Assembly (NCBI GenBank): GCA_965223845.1
Contig: CBDCXR010000004.1
Span: 1,856,001-1,920,000, forward strand
Length of the DNA: 64,000 nt
From: Planctomycetota bacterium
GTDB lineage: Bacteria; Planctomycetota; UBA8108; SXIK01
Direction: 5' to 3'
Shown: piece after piece, positions 38,530-48,450 of the stretch
How the letters are laid out: each line of letters starts with the position of its first letter
Numbering within the stretch: position 1 is the stretch's first letter
Notes under the pieces: model-generated
What the model was told of the DNA's origin: nothing
Databases searched by the model: none
The model's input: the letters and a program-made list of their open reading frames with translations, nothing else
Translations under genes and position numbers: made by a program

Positions 38530-39427
38530 GTTGGAATTGTCCCGAGCCTCGCCGACTCGGTCAATCGTGTCGCGTCTAGTGGTCGTTCCCTTGTCGCCCG
38601 TTCGGGTCTTTCCGGCGGACGAATCGACCCGAGCGGTTCGAGTCGGCCGCCCGGTTTCGATTCGATCGAGGGACATGGTACCTCCTCCGAGCGCTTCGGG
38701 TCGGACCGATTCTCGCCTCGACTCTCAGTAGGCGGAACGGGAGAGTACACTAGCCGTTTTTGTGAAATCCTCGGACTCCTTCGATCCTTTACGGCGCCGT
38801 CATCGCCGCGAGACATGCGACTCGCGAGTGGACCGCAGGTCAGCTCGAGCGACGTCTCTCGGTCTTCCGCGGACTTCTCTGAACTTCCGGGTCGCCCGAG
38901 GCCGAAGGAGCGTTTCGGCGTTGGTGCATCTCGTGGACAACGCCCGTGCGTTACAGCCGTCGTCGTGGCGGCTGCAACGCACGGGCAGCTGTGGAGATCG
39001 CTCCCGAGACGGGCGAGCTCGCCTTAAGGGGCGCCTGCGCATTCACCGGAGTCAGCGGAAGGCGCCTTCGCCTTCAGTGGGGAGCGAGCCGCGATGCCAT
39101 CAAGATCTGGCAGGACGGCAAGCTCCGCGATCTCGACTCTGCGCTCAATCGCGCGAGCTACGCCAGTATCGGTGATGAAAAGTTGATCGAGCAGTCCTGG
39201 AAGGGAGACGGAACTCTCCGCGTCGCGGCCGGAGGGTATTCGTTCACGTGCACGGTGACGCGGACGGGTCACGCAACCTTCTAGAACGAGTGACAAGAGC
39301 TCTTCTACCGTAGGCGCGCCCGTCCATCCCCGGGGCGTGCCGTCCGATAGAAGAGAGTTCAGCTCGCAGTCTCGAGTAAGCGATCGTGGCGGACCGCCTT
39401 CGCAGGGGCACGTCGCCGGTCGCCCGT

Positions 39428-39620
39428 TCAGTTCGGGTAGAGATAGCGAGTCGGAATGGCCAACCGATCGTGCATGGGTGACTCCCAATGGAGATGAAAC
39501 AGGGGACCCTCATACCCCAGGAAATCTTTCCTTGATGGTTCCGGACGAATTCCACTCGACGCGCAGGCGTACGCGCCTTCCTGCTTCGAGGCGAACGGGT
39601 TTCGCGATCGCCATGACGGC
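39428..39620 (-). pseudogene. Probable frameshifted PA14-domain remnant
   Basis: One minus frame reads KPVRLEAGRRVRLRVEW..FPGV*; an adjacent frame continues PLFHLHWESPMHDRLAIPTRYLYPN*. Together they resemble a PA14 C-terminal half. Confidence 0.45.
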
Positions 39621-39706
39621 GCGGCCGGAGATGTTGGATTGAAGGCCGCCATAGAGAGGGACGCTCGAATCTTACGAGCACGGAACGGGTCCGGTGAGTT
39701 CACCGA

Positions 39707-42328
39707 TCACCCACGCAGCCGCAGCACAACGGTCTCCGTAGCTCCGTCGACGATCTCGACCGACACCTTGTCGGAAAGCGGCCAACCCTTGCCGGTCGGA
39801 TCTCCGTCGGTCACCCGCAACACGTGTCGTCCCGTGGTCACGTGCTCGAGCGTGAAACGTCCCTGTGCGTCGGTGCTCGCCGGCGCGTGGGGAAATCGAT
39901 TCGGGTGGACGACATACACGTTCGCGGCGGGCGACTCGTCGGCCCGCAGGACGACGCCCCGGATGGTTCCGCCCGGACGAAGAACCAGAGTGCCGAGCTC
40001 GATCGTTCCGTTGTTCTCGAGCGACGACGCGTCGCGCTTGATCTCGAGGGTGGCGTAGTCCGGATGGAAGAGCAGGAAGCGGAGATTTCGGTCGGCCCGG
40101 CGGTGCTCGATGGCGAAGTCGCCCTCCTCGTCCGTGGCGCCGAAGAACTTGACGTCTCGGAGCTTGTCGTCCTCGTAGAGCAGGATGTGCGCGCCCGCTA
40201 GCGCGTCACCGCGCGGCGTCACGACCTTGCCGGTGATCGCCGTCCCCGCCTCGAGGATGATCTCGTACGGACCGAGCTCGACCTCGGCGGCGCTCTCAAC
40301 GTTCGGACGATCGCTGCAGGCATCCTCGACGGTCATTTTCTCGAACGCCCAGTTGCGGTGAACCACCGTGATATCGACGTCGCACGATCGACCGGGCAGG
40401 ACGGGCGGACTGCCGCGGACGATGAACACGCCGTCGCCATCGGTAAACGTGTCGCTGCTGTAATTCCCTCTCGAACGAAAGACGACTCGGACGAGAGAGT
40501 GGGGAATCGCAGTTCCATCCGGCTCGAGGACCTTGCCGTGGACGATGAACTCCCGGCGCGGGTCGTCCCTGGGTTGATTCCGAACCTCGGGTTCGGCCGG
40601 CGGCTCGTCGATCTCGGTGGACGAATCCGGCAGCTCGAGAAGGATCCCTTCGACGACTCCCGAGCTCGTCACGCGGACCTCGCTCGGCTCTCCACCATGG
40701 ACAAAGAGTCTGTGCGTTGCGGGAGCGGGAACGCCGACGAACTCGAAGTTCCCCGCGTCGTCCGTTCGAGCCTCCCCTCGCCAGCGCGTGGAACGAGGAG
40801 ACACCGTCCGCCAAATTACGGGGGAGTCCGGAACCCCGACTCCAGACGGGTCGACGAGCCGCCCCCGCAGAGTCGCGCCGCGCGGCACGCGAACGACCAC
40901 GCCGCGTGCGCCCGGTGAGGTGCCGGAGACGACAGTTCCCCCGTAGCCCGGCTTGAACACGCAGAGACGCGGCTGACCGAACACCTTGAGCGCAAGCGTG
41001 AAGCTGCCGTCGTCGGCCGACTCGGTCCCGCGGTCGGTCTCGCTGTTCACGAAACTCCGGCTCGCGCCACGATCGGTCCCTCGAATCGCAATTCGCGCTC
41101 CCTCGATCGGGTCGTTGTCGGCGTCGACGACCCAGCCCGTGACCTCGAGAAGCGGAACCAGAGAGACGGCGACGAACTCGCCCGGGTGGGCCGGCACAGT
41201 CTTCTGCGCGTATCCCGGAGCCGATAGTTTCAGACGGACGTCTTCGTCGGGATCCACGTGCAATCGAAAGAGGCCTTCCTCGCCCGTCTCGACCGCGGCC
41301 GAGGTGTTGTCCTCGAGCGGCTCGACTCGGACGCCTTCGATCGGAACGTGGTTCTCGCTGTCGAAGACGAATCCGATCGCTTCGACGCGCTCGGGCTCGT
41401 CCGTTTCGGTCTCTTCACTCTCCTCGTTTGTCGGAAGCGCGACTACCGCTCGCACGTCCGTCGGAGGCGAGTCGTCCGAAACGGCGGCAGGCTCGCTCTC
41501 GCGCGTAACTTCGAGGGGGGGACTCTGGTGGATCGAATCGTCTCGCGTGAGCAAGAACCCGACTCCGAGTATGAGCAGCGCCGCGAATACGGCTGCGTAC
41601 GTTTTCGCATTCATAACGACTCCTCCTGTGGCTAGGACACTGCCCAAACCCGAGCTGCTCGCCGGGAGAGATCGGGACAGACCTTCGAGTCGCACAGACA
41701 GAGTGGTTGGCATCTCGGGTGGCGCCCCTTGCCGAAGGATCGACGGCCACGCCGGCAGGGCCGAGAACGCGACGCCGCGCTTGGAGAGCGCCTGTTGCAA
41801 CCGCGCCTTACCCCAGCGAACGCGGTCCGCGACGGTCGATCGAGGCAAGCTCAATGCAGAGGCCACTCGACGAATGCTCTCGCCTTCGGCCAAGTGCAGC
41901 CAGAGAGCGGCGCGCGTTTCCGCGGGGAAACTCTCGAGAGCTGCGTCGACCTCGGCGCGAATCTCGTCGGAGGCGAATCGATCGGCCGGATCATCCCGCA
42001 TCGCTTCCGGCGTGGACATGGCGCGTCCCTTCTCCCGTTTCTTGCGAGTTGCGGCGCGCCGCAGCGCGTCGATGGCGGAGCTCGCCGCCATGCGAGCCAG
42101 AAACGCCTCACCCGCTCCCGGACGGAGCCGAGGAACGCGATGCTGGGCGATTCGCAGGAAGACCTCTTGAACGACGTCCTCCGCTACGCCGTTGTCGCGC
42201 GTGACGGTCCAGGCGATCGAGTACAGACGCCGGGCCTGGCTTTCGACGAGGCGACTCCACGCTTCGCGGTCACCGAGCTTGACCCTCTGAAGAATGGCGG
42301 CGAGTTCGGGTTCTCTGTTCGTGCGCAT
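39707..42328 (-). CDS. ECF sigma-70 factor fused via TM helix to carboxypeptidase-regulatory-like (CarboxypepD_reg / prealbumin-fold) repeats
   Basis: GDREAWSRLV, AEDVVQEVFL, sigma4 HTH; TM YAAVFAALLILGVGFLL; repeated G.V.D..G.PI.GA.V....TD..G.F modules. Start at ATG 42328 or GTG 42343. Confidence 0.92.
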   Translation of the reverse strand: MRTNREPELAAILQRVKLGDREAWSRLVESQARRLYSIAWTVTRDNGVAEDVVQEVFLRIAQHRVPRLRPGAGEAFLARMAASSAIDALRRAATRKKREKGRAMSTPEAMRDDPADRFASDEIRAEVDAALESFPAETRAALWLHLAEGESIRRVASALSLPRSTVADRVRWGKARLQQALSKRGVAFSALPAWPSILRQGAPPEMPTTLSVRLEGLSRSLPASSSGLGSVLATGGVVMNAKTYAAVFAALLILGVGFLLTRDDSIHQSPPLEVTRESEPAAVSDDSPPTDVRAVVALPTNEESEETETDEPERVEAIGFVFDSENHVPIEGVRVEPLEDNTSAAVETGEEGLFRLHVDPDEDVRLKLSAPGYAQKTVPAHPGEFVAVSLVPLLEVTGWVVDADNDPIEGARIAIRGTDRGASRSFVNSETDRGTESADDGSFTLALKVFGQPRLCVFKPGYGGTVVSGTSPGARGVVVRVPRGATLRGRLVDPSGVGVPDSPVIWRTVSPRSTRWRGEARTDDAGNFEFVGVPAPATHRLFVHGGEPSEVRVTSSGVVEGILLELPDSSTEIDEPPAEPEVRNQPRDDPRREFIVHGKVLEPDGTAIPHSLVRVVFRSRGNYSSDTFTDGDGVFIVRGSPPVLPGRSCDVDITVVHRNWAFEKMTVEDACSDRPNVESAAEVELGPYEIILEAGTAITGKVVTPRGDALAGAHILLYEDDKLRDVKFFGATDEEGDFAIEHRRADRNLRFLLFHPDYATLEIKRDASSLENNGTIELGTLVLRPGGTIRGVVLRADESPAANVYVVHPNRFPHAPASTDAQGRFTLEHVTTGRHVLRVTDGDPTGKGWPLSDKVSVEIVDGATETVVLRLRG

Positions 42329-42592
42329 ATATGGATGACGCACGCGGGGTGCGAACTGTCCGGACGAAACGGCGATTCGATCCGGCCCGTGGGCTCAGAA
42401 CTCGAACGCGTTGGAAGCAGCGAACTTCTGACGGCCCGGAGTCCTGGTGTCCGGTCAGAAGTGCTCTGCCGCCAGGGGAATGCGCTACCGTGACCGACTC
42501 CGAGCCGAGCTCGACGCTGCTCGCGCGGGAACGCGTTCCCTCGGGAAGGATCGCCTCGAAGACCTTGGCGTGAACGGCGTGCTTCTGTCGCT

Positions 42593-42835
42593 TCAGTCCG
42601 ACAAAAGGTACGCGTGCCAGCCGACTTGCTCGAGATCTTCGATGTCGACGTCCTCACTACCCTCGAACAAACCCTGTGTCCCGTTGTCTCGGCGGATCTC
42701 GCCGGGGTCGACCCATTCCGACTCGCACTCGTCGCAGCAAAGATAGATCTGTTGTTTCGATCGGTCCCTCACGAACTGCACCCACCCTTGGTTACAAACG
42801 GGGCACCATTTCACTCTGTTGATCGGAACGGTCAT
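42593..42835 (-). CDS. Small zinc-ribbon-like protein
   Basis: CPVC..GW..LCCDECESEW..P pattern with acidic C-terminus; protein-like composition. Confidence 0.7.
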   Translation of the reverse strand: MTVPINRVKWCPVCNQGWVQFVRDRSKQQIYLCCDECESEWVDPGEIRRDNGTQGLFEGSEDVDIEDLEQVGWHAYLLSD

Positions 42836-43122
42836 GCGCTGCGGGCCAAATCGGTCGACGGTTGCGTGGAGCGGCCGAGACGACCTGAATCTTTAGACGG
42901 AAAGGGGATGGGGATGGAACTGGTCGAAGGGATCCAATCGGCCGAACCGGACTGCTCGGACACTCGTCGAAGCGCGGGGTCTCCGGCGAAAACGCACGCC
43001 ATCGATACTATCTGCCGGAGCCAAAGGAAAGGCCGTAGATTTCCCTCTCGTGCGCGTTCTACGATCGATTCACCACCGGCCGAAGATCAGCGGGATGAGT
43101 CGCCCTCGGAGCGAGCCACAAC

Positions 43123-45294
43123 ATGCAAGCGTGCCCCCGAACACTGAACACCTCCAGCGCCACCCGGGAAGAATCGGCGAAGGATTGCCAAGCTAGAGTG
43201 AAGGCGGTAAGCGCTCCTCGGAGACGGTGGGGAAGTCAGATCGCGGCTCTCACCGCGCTGACGATGCTGCTGAGTCTCCACGCTCAAGACGAGGCAGGTA
43301 AGGCGAACGTCGCTGTGCCGAGAGAGGCCGAAGGCACCCGCGACGTGGCCAAAGACCTCACCGGCGGCCTGATCGCCCTCTGGACGTTCGACGACGGCAG
43401 AGGCGAGATCGCGCGCGATTCCTCGGGCAAGGGCAACCACGGCACCGTCGTGGGCCGCGCGAAGTGGACAAAGGGAATCATCGGCGGGGCGCTGGAGTTC
43501 GACGGAACAAACGACTTCGTGTCGATTTCGAACGAAGGCAGCTTCGACATCAAGGATCGGATTACCGTGGCAGCATGGATCAAGGTCGATTCCTTTTCGA
43601 AGAAGTGGCAGTCCATCGTCACAAAAGGGGACCGCGCCTGGAGACTGCACCGGGCGAATGACACGAACCGTGTGGGCTGGGCCTGCTCGAATCTCTCGCG
43701 TGGGGAGGTCGGTGATCTCTACGGCAGAACAGGCGTCGATGACGGCCGCTGGCACCACGTTGCCGGAGTTCTCGACGGGACCCGATCGTCTCTGTTCGTG
43801 GACGGAAAGTTGGAAGCTTCGGAGGAGACCTCGCGAGCCATCAGCGTCAACGATTACCCCGTGCTGATCGGCGAGAACGCACAACACAAAGGAAGGCAGT
43901 TTCGCGGCTTCATCGACGACGTTCGCATCTACGACCGTGCTCTCTCGGTCGATGAGCTGCGGGCGCTCTTCGAGCAAGGAAACGCCGGGGCGCAGCGCCC
44001 GATAGAGGACGCCGCTACCCAGAGACCTGGCCACCGCCCGGTGAATCTCGAGTCATTCAATCGCGCGAGGGTTGTCCGACTCGAGAATGCCGTAGGAAAC
44101 TGGCCGGAGTTTCGAGGTCCGCGCGGCGACGGCCATGCGGACTCCGAGGGCCTTCCTCTCCGCTGGAGTGAAACGGAGAACCTCGTCTGGAAAACGCGGA
44201 TTCACGGACGCGGTTGGTCGTCTCCGGTCATCTGGGACGATCAAGTGTGGGTGACCACTGCGACGGCTGACGGACACAGAACGTTCGCGGTCTGCGTCGA
44301 TCGCGACTCAGGGGACATCGTTCACGACATTCACGTATTCGATGTCGAGCGCCCACAGCGCATTGCCGCGGGGAACACCTATGCCACGCCGACGCCGGTG
44401 GTCGAAGAGCGACGCGTGTATGTTCATTACGGAACGTACGGAACCGCCTGTCTCGACACTGCGACCGGGAGCATCGTGTGGACGCGTCGTGACCTCAACT
44501 GCGACCATGAGTCTGGAGCGGGACCCGGCAGCTCTCCATTTCTCGTGGGCGACCTGTTCGTCGTGAACGTGGACGGCCGCGATGTGCAGTACGTCGTTGC
44601 GCTCGACAAGGCCACGGGGACGACGGTGTGGAGGACGGATCGATCGGTCGACTACAGCCGCGTTCCGGTCAATCAGCGCAAAGCGTTTTCGATGCCGCTC
44701 GTCATCCCGCGGCAGTCCGGCACGCAACTCGTCAGCCCTGGTGGAAAGGCCTTGATCGCCTACGACCCGGCCCGGGGAAACGAGCTGTGGAAGGTGCGCC
44801 ACCGAGGCTTTTCAGTCGCCCCGCGCCCCGTGTTCGGGCACGGACTCATCTTCGCGCTCATCGACCATGATCGGCCGGAGCTTTGGGCTATCCGGCCGGA
44901 TGGAGACGGCGACGTGACGGACAGCCATGTGGCATGGCGACTGACCCGAGGGATGCCGTCGCGCTCTTCGCCGTTGCTCAAGGACGACCTTCTCTTTGTC
45001 GTGAGTAAGATCGGCGTCGCGTCCTGCCTCGACGCGAGAACCGGTGACATCGTCTGGAAGGCGCGCATTCAGGGCAACTACTCTGCGTCCCCCATCTGCG
45101 CCGGTAGCCGAATCTATTTCTTCAACGAGAATGCGGTCGGCACCGTGATCAGATCATCTCGAGAGTTCGAATCTCTGGCGGTCAATCCGCTGGCTCCTGA
45201 GCAGCTCATGGCGAGCCCCGCAGTCGCCGCGAGATCGATCTTCGTTCGGACCGAGAAGCATCTCTATCGGATCGAAGAGCCCTCAGCGAAATAG
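43123..45294 (+). CDS. LamG-like jellyroll + PQQ-like (BamB-type) beta-propeller protein
   Basis: GLIALWTFDDG..DSSGKGNHG..GALEFDG..WHHVAG..G.IDDVRIYDRALS; NWPEFRGP, WSSPV, ASP repeats. True start probably downstream (e.g. GTG 43198). Confidence 0.9.
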   Translation: MQACPRTLNTSSATREESAKDCQARVKAVSAPRRRWGSQIAALTALTMLLSLHAQDEAGKANVAVPREAEGTRDVAKDLTGGLIALWTFDDGRGEIARDSSGKGNHGTVVGRAKWTKGIIGGALEFDGTNDFVSISNEGSFDIKDRITVAAWIKVDSFSKKWQSIVTKGDRAWRLHRANDTNRVGWACSNLSRGEVGDLYGRTGVDDGRWHHVAGVLDGTRSSLFVDGKLEASEETSRAISVNDYPVLIGENAQHKGRQFRGFIDDVRIYDRALSVDELRALFEQGNAGAQRPIEDAATQRPGHRPVNLESFNRARVVRLENAVGNWPEFRGPRGDGHADSEGLPLRWSETENLVWKTRIHGRGWSSPVIWDDQVWVTTATADGHRTFAVCVDRDSGDIVHDIHVFDVERPQRIAAGNTYATPTPVVEERRVYVHYGTYGTACLDTATGSIVWTRRDLNCDHESGAGPGSSPFLVGDLFVVNVDGRDVQYVVALDKATGTTVWRTDRSVDYSRVPVNQRKAFSMPLVIPRQSGTQLVSPGGKALIAYDPARGNELWKVRHRGFSVAPRPVFGHGLIFALIDHDRPELWAIRPDGDGDVTDSHVAWRLTRGMPSRSSPLLKDDLLFVVSKIGVASCLDARTGDIVWKARIQGNYSASPICAGSRIYFFNENAVGTVIRSSREFESLAVNPLAPEQLMASPAVAARSIFVRTEKHLYRIEEPSAK

Positions 45295-45335
45295 ACGCGC
45301 GAGTACCGCGGCTCGACCCGCCCGGTCATCCTCGT

Positions 45336-46496
45336 TCAATCCGCGCGTTTCTCGTCCGCACTTCGATTTCTCACGATCTCGCGAATCCTTTCCTCGCCTC
45401 GTTCCTGTGCAAGCGACTCGACGCTCCGCCCCTCTCCGTCCACTGCCGCCGGGTCTGCGCCGCGGGCGAGCAGCTCGACCGCGAGTTCCGTGCGAGAGTA
45501 GTACACCGCCGTGTGCAAGGCCGTCGTGTGTTCGAGTTTCTCGTACCAGAACCAAGTGTCGCGTCGCTCACGGACGCGTTTGGGATCCTCGTTCAAGAGT
45601 CGCGCAACGTGATCGGCTCGCCCAGCCATGACGGCCTCGTGAAGGTTCAACTCGATCCCCAGATCGATGAGCCAGTTTGCGATGTCTCGATGGCCCCAGG
45701 TCAGCGCCTGCGCCCAGCATGTGAACTGGGTGGCGCTCCCGATGTCGATCCGCGCACCGCGTGCGACCAGGTGCTTGATGACTGGAAATTGGCCCTGCAT
45801 CGCCGCGAAGTGGAGACCGGGGATGCCGAGCGTCGGAGAGACGTCGATCGACACGCGTTGGACGTCGAGCAAGTAGTCGACGACCTCGATCCGCCCGCAC
45901 GCACATGCGTGGCAAAAAGCGTCGCCGATGATCGACTCCTCCGTGTCGTCCTGCTCGTAGGGAGGCCAATCACCGTACTCACAGTAGCTTTGCCGAAACT
46001 GACCGGTGCCGGGCACGAGAGATCCGTCCTCCGTGAAGAATCCGGCCACCGCCGCGACGTCTCCGGCTCCGGCGGCGAGCCAGAGGTCGACGAGAATCTC
46101 CCGACCGCCGAGCTCGACGAGGAAATCGGTGATCCAGGGGCACGCGTGCATGACGGAAGAGCGCAGGCGTTCGAAGAGCTCGGGCGGCTCTCCGCTTCGT
46201 CTGGTTTCCTCCTCGAGGAGCGCAGCGAGCGCGCGCGGTGTCTTGCCGCACGCCGCCCACATGAGTCCCAGCTCGAGTTGGTCGTGGTCGACGAGCGACA
46301 AGAGGTAGTTCGCGCAGTCGGTTTGATTCTCGGCGAGCGCGACGTCGAGAAGAGTCGGTCGACTCTCGCCCGCGTCTTCTGGTTCGAGCTGGGAGGAGCG
46401 AAAGAACGATGCGTCCTGGCTGACCACCGCGCGCAGCTCGTCGAGGTCACCGCGACGGATGGCCATCCGCGCCGATTCGTAGATCCGATCGTCCAT
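45336..46496 (-). CDS. Ankyrin repeat protein
   Basis: GLHFAAMQGQFPVIKHLVARGA and TALHTAVYYSRTELAVELLARGADP..D.EG. Start placed at ATG 46496 (MDDRI). Confidence 0.85.
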   Translation of the reverse strand: MDDRIYESARMAIRRGDLDELRAVVSQDASFFRSSQLEPEDAGESRPTLLDVALAENQTDCANYLLSLVDHDQLELGLMWAACGKTPRALAALLEEETRRSGEPPELFERLRSSVMHACPWITDFLVELGGREILVDLWLAAGAGDVAAVAGFFTEDGSLVPGTGQFRQSYCEYGDWPPYEQDDTEESIIGDAFCHACACGRIEVVDYLLDVQRVSIDVSPTLGIPGLHFAAMQGQFPVIKHLVARGARIDIGSATQFTCWAQALTWGHRDIANWLIDLGIELNLHEAVMAGRADHVARLLNEDPKRVRERRDTWFWYEKLEHTTALHTAVYYSRTELAVELLARGADPAAVDGEGRSVESLAQERGEERIREIVRNRSADEKRAD

Positions 46497-46810
46497 CCTC
46501 CGATGTCCTCGAAATCGTTCTGCTGAACTTCCCCTCCTCCAGGTCGCTTCATGCTGAGAGACCAAAGTAGCACTCAGCATCGCATCATCGTCGCGCGCGG
46601 ACGGGGTGTTCGCGAGCACGCGATGGACCGCAGGCGGCTCTTAGACTACGTGACCGCTCGGTCCGCGGGGGCGCTTCTCCTCCGAATCGGGCACTCCGCG
46701 ACGCCCTCGCAGCGGTGAGCGAACTCCGCCAACCGCAACGGCACAGCGGTTGGCGCCCGACGACCCTCGTGGAGTAGAATGCGCGCCCAACGATGCCAAG
46801 GAGAATCCCC

Positions 46811-47266
46811 ATGACTTCAGAGATTTCGGAGAGACACCAGGTCGTCGAGTGTCTGGAGAGACTGCTCGCCGACAGTTACGCGCTGTACCTAAAAACGCAG
46901 AGCTACCACTGGAACGTGACGGGACCCATGTTCACGACACTCCATACGCTCTTCGAGGTGCAATACACCGAACTCGCGGCCGCCATCGACGAGATTGCCG
47001 AGCGGATTCGGGCTCTCGGTGCTCCGGCCCCAGGAAGCTTCACCCAGTTCATGGACCTCTCGACCGTTGCTGAGGACACGAGCGTGCCGAAAGCGACCGA
47101 CATGATCCGGAACCTGGTGACCGACCAGCAAAAGGTGGCAGCGTCGGCGAAGAGTGTTGTCCGAGCAGCCGAGGAGGCCAACGACGACGCCAGCGTCGAC
47201 CTGGGTGTCCGCCGAATCGACCTGCACGAGAAGAACGCCTGGATGCTCCGCAGTCACGGCGACTGA
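46811..47266 (+). CDS. dps: DNA starvation/stationary-phase protection protein (ferritin-like)
   Basis: HWNVTGPMFTTLHTLFEVQY..DEIAERIRALG..HEKNAWML; AAGGAG SD before ATG 46811. Confidence 0.96.
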   Translation: MTSEISERHQVVECLERLLADSYALYLKTQSYHWNVTGPMFTTLHTLFEVQYTELAAAIDEIAERIRALGAPAPGSFTQFMDLSTVAEDTSVPKATDMIRNLVTDQQKVAASAKSVVRAAEEANDDASVDLGVRRIDLHEKNAWMLRSHGD

Positions 47267-47414
47267 TCGTCACCGACCCGAATCCCGTGGATTTCCCGGG
47301 CATGGCGCGTGGGAGACCGATTCGATCGGGGCGCGGGGCGGCACGCTCGATCCCCTGGAATCCTGAAGAGCGGTGCGCGTGAATACTTCGACCGACGCGC
47401 TCGTCTCTTCTGCC

Positions 47415-48143
47415 ATGAAACCGCGTCGAGCCAAGCGAATCACGGCGGTGGCCGGATTCGTTCTTGTCGCCGTCCTCGCGACAGTGGCGCCGATCTACTG
47501 GGATCACCTTCGGTTTTGGTACCTCTTCGAGCCTCTCGGCACAAATCTCCAGGGTTGTCGAGAATACCGTCATCGCCAAACGGGGATCGTCATGGTTCGC
47601 ATTCCTGGAGGGGGTCCCTTTCGCTTCTACATCTCGGACGAAGATGTGACGTTGGAACCGTATCTCCTCGCGAAGTACGAAGTCTCTCAGGGAGAGTGGC
47701 GAACCGGAGCTTCGCTCAAGAAGTGGGCGTTTCGCGGCGACGACCTACCGGCTGATTTTCTATCGTGGCGCGACTGCCGTGAGTTCTGCGACGGCACGGG
47801 CCTCTCGATTCCGACGATGGAGCAGTGGATCTTCGCCTGCTGGAACGGAAAGCGAGCGCACGCTCCTGGCGCCGACGCCCTCGTGACCCCGGAGTTCGCC
47901 AACGTGCAATCGAGCTCGACGGTGCCAGTGGGTTCGCTGTTGCCGACCACCTTCGGCCTCCACGACATGCGTGGCAACGTCTTCGAATGGTGCAAGCCCA
48001 CCGAGAAGACCTATCCGTGTTTCGGCGGAAGCTTTAAGTCCGGCCCGGGCAACAAGTTCGCGGGAGTCGCCCCGAGCCCTCATGCGCCGGACTACGATCA
48101 AGAAGACTTCGGCTTTCGGCCGGCGTACTTCGACCTGCCCTAG
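47415..48143 (+). CDS. Membrane-anchored FGE-sulfatase (SUMF1) domain protein
   Basis: N-terminal TM; KYEVSQ, PTMEQW, FGLHDMRGNVFEW, GFRP. Confidence 0.85.
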   Translation: MKPRRAKRITAVAGFVLVAVLATVAPIYWDHLRFWYLFEPLGTNLQGCREYRHRQTGIVMVRIPGGGPFRFYISDEDVTLEPYLLAKYEVSQGEWRTGASLKKWAFRGDDLPADFLSWRDCREFCDGTGLSIPTMEQWIFACWNGKRAHAPGADALVTPEFANVQSSSTVPVGSLLPTTFGLHDMRGNVFEWCKPTEKTYPCFGGSFKSGPGNKFAGVAPSPHAPDYDQEDFGFRPAYFDLP

Positions 48144-48450
48144 CGGCATCGCGAAGGCGATCCAAGGCGGAAAATCGACAGGACTCACCCGCGCTTCGTC
48201 TTTCGTCGTGTCTCTTGCGACGAAAGACTGAATGTCGCGACGAAGAGCAGCGCCCAGCTTCTCGGCCGCACCGGAGAGAGTCGGAACTTCCGCTGCCTCT
48301 CCGCACCGAAACGATGCCTTGAGGAGTCGGTGAAGAACGAGTCTCCGGCTCGGTAGTTCTCCGCGGCTGTGCGCGGCGGTAGGATACGGTTACGTCGTGC
48401 AACTAAGTCCGGCACGTAGTGAAACGTCGCTCCGAACGGGAAAAGACTCC

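Noticed and set aside
38946-39284. 112-aa plus-strand ORF with a protein-like C-terminal half
   Set aside because: No recognisable motif or SD; may be a gene fragment but cannot be supported.
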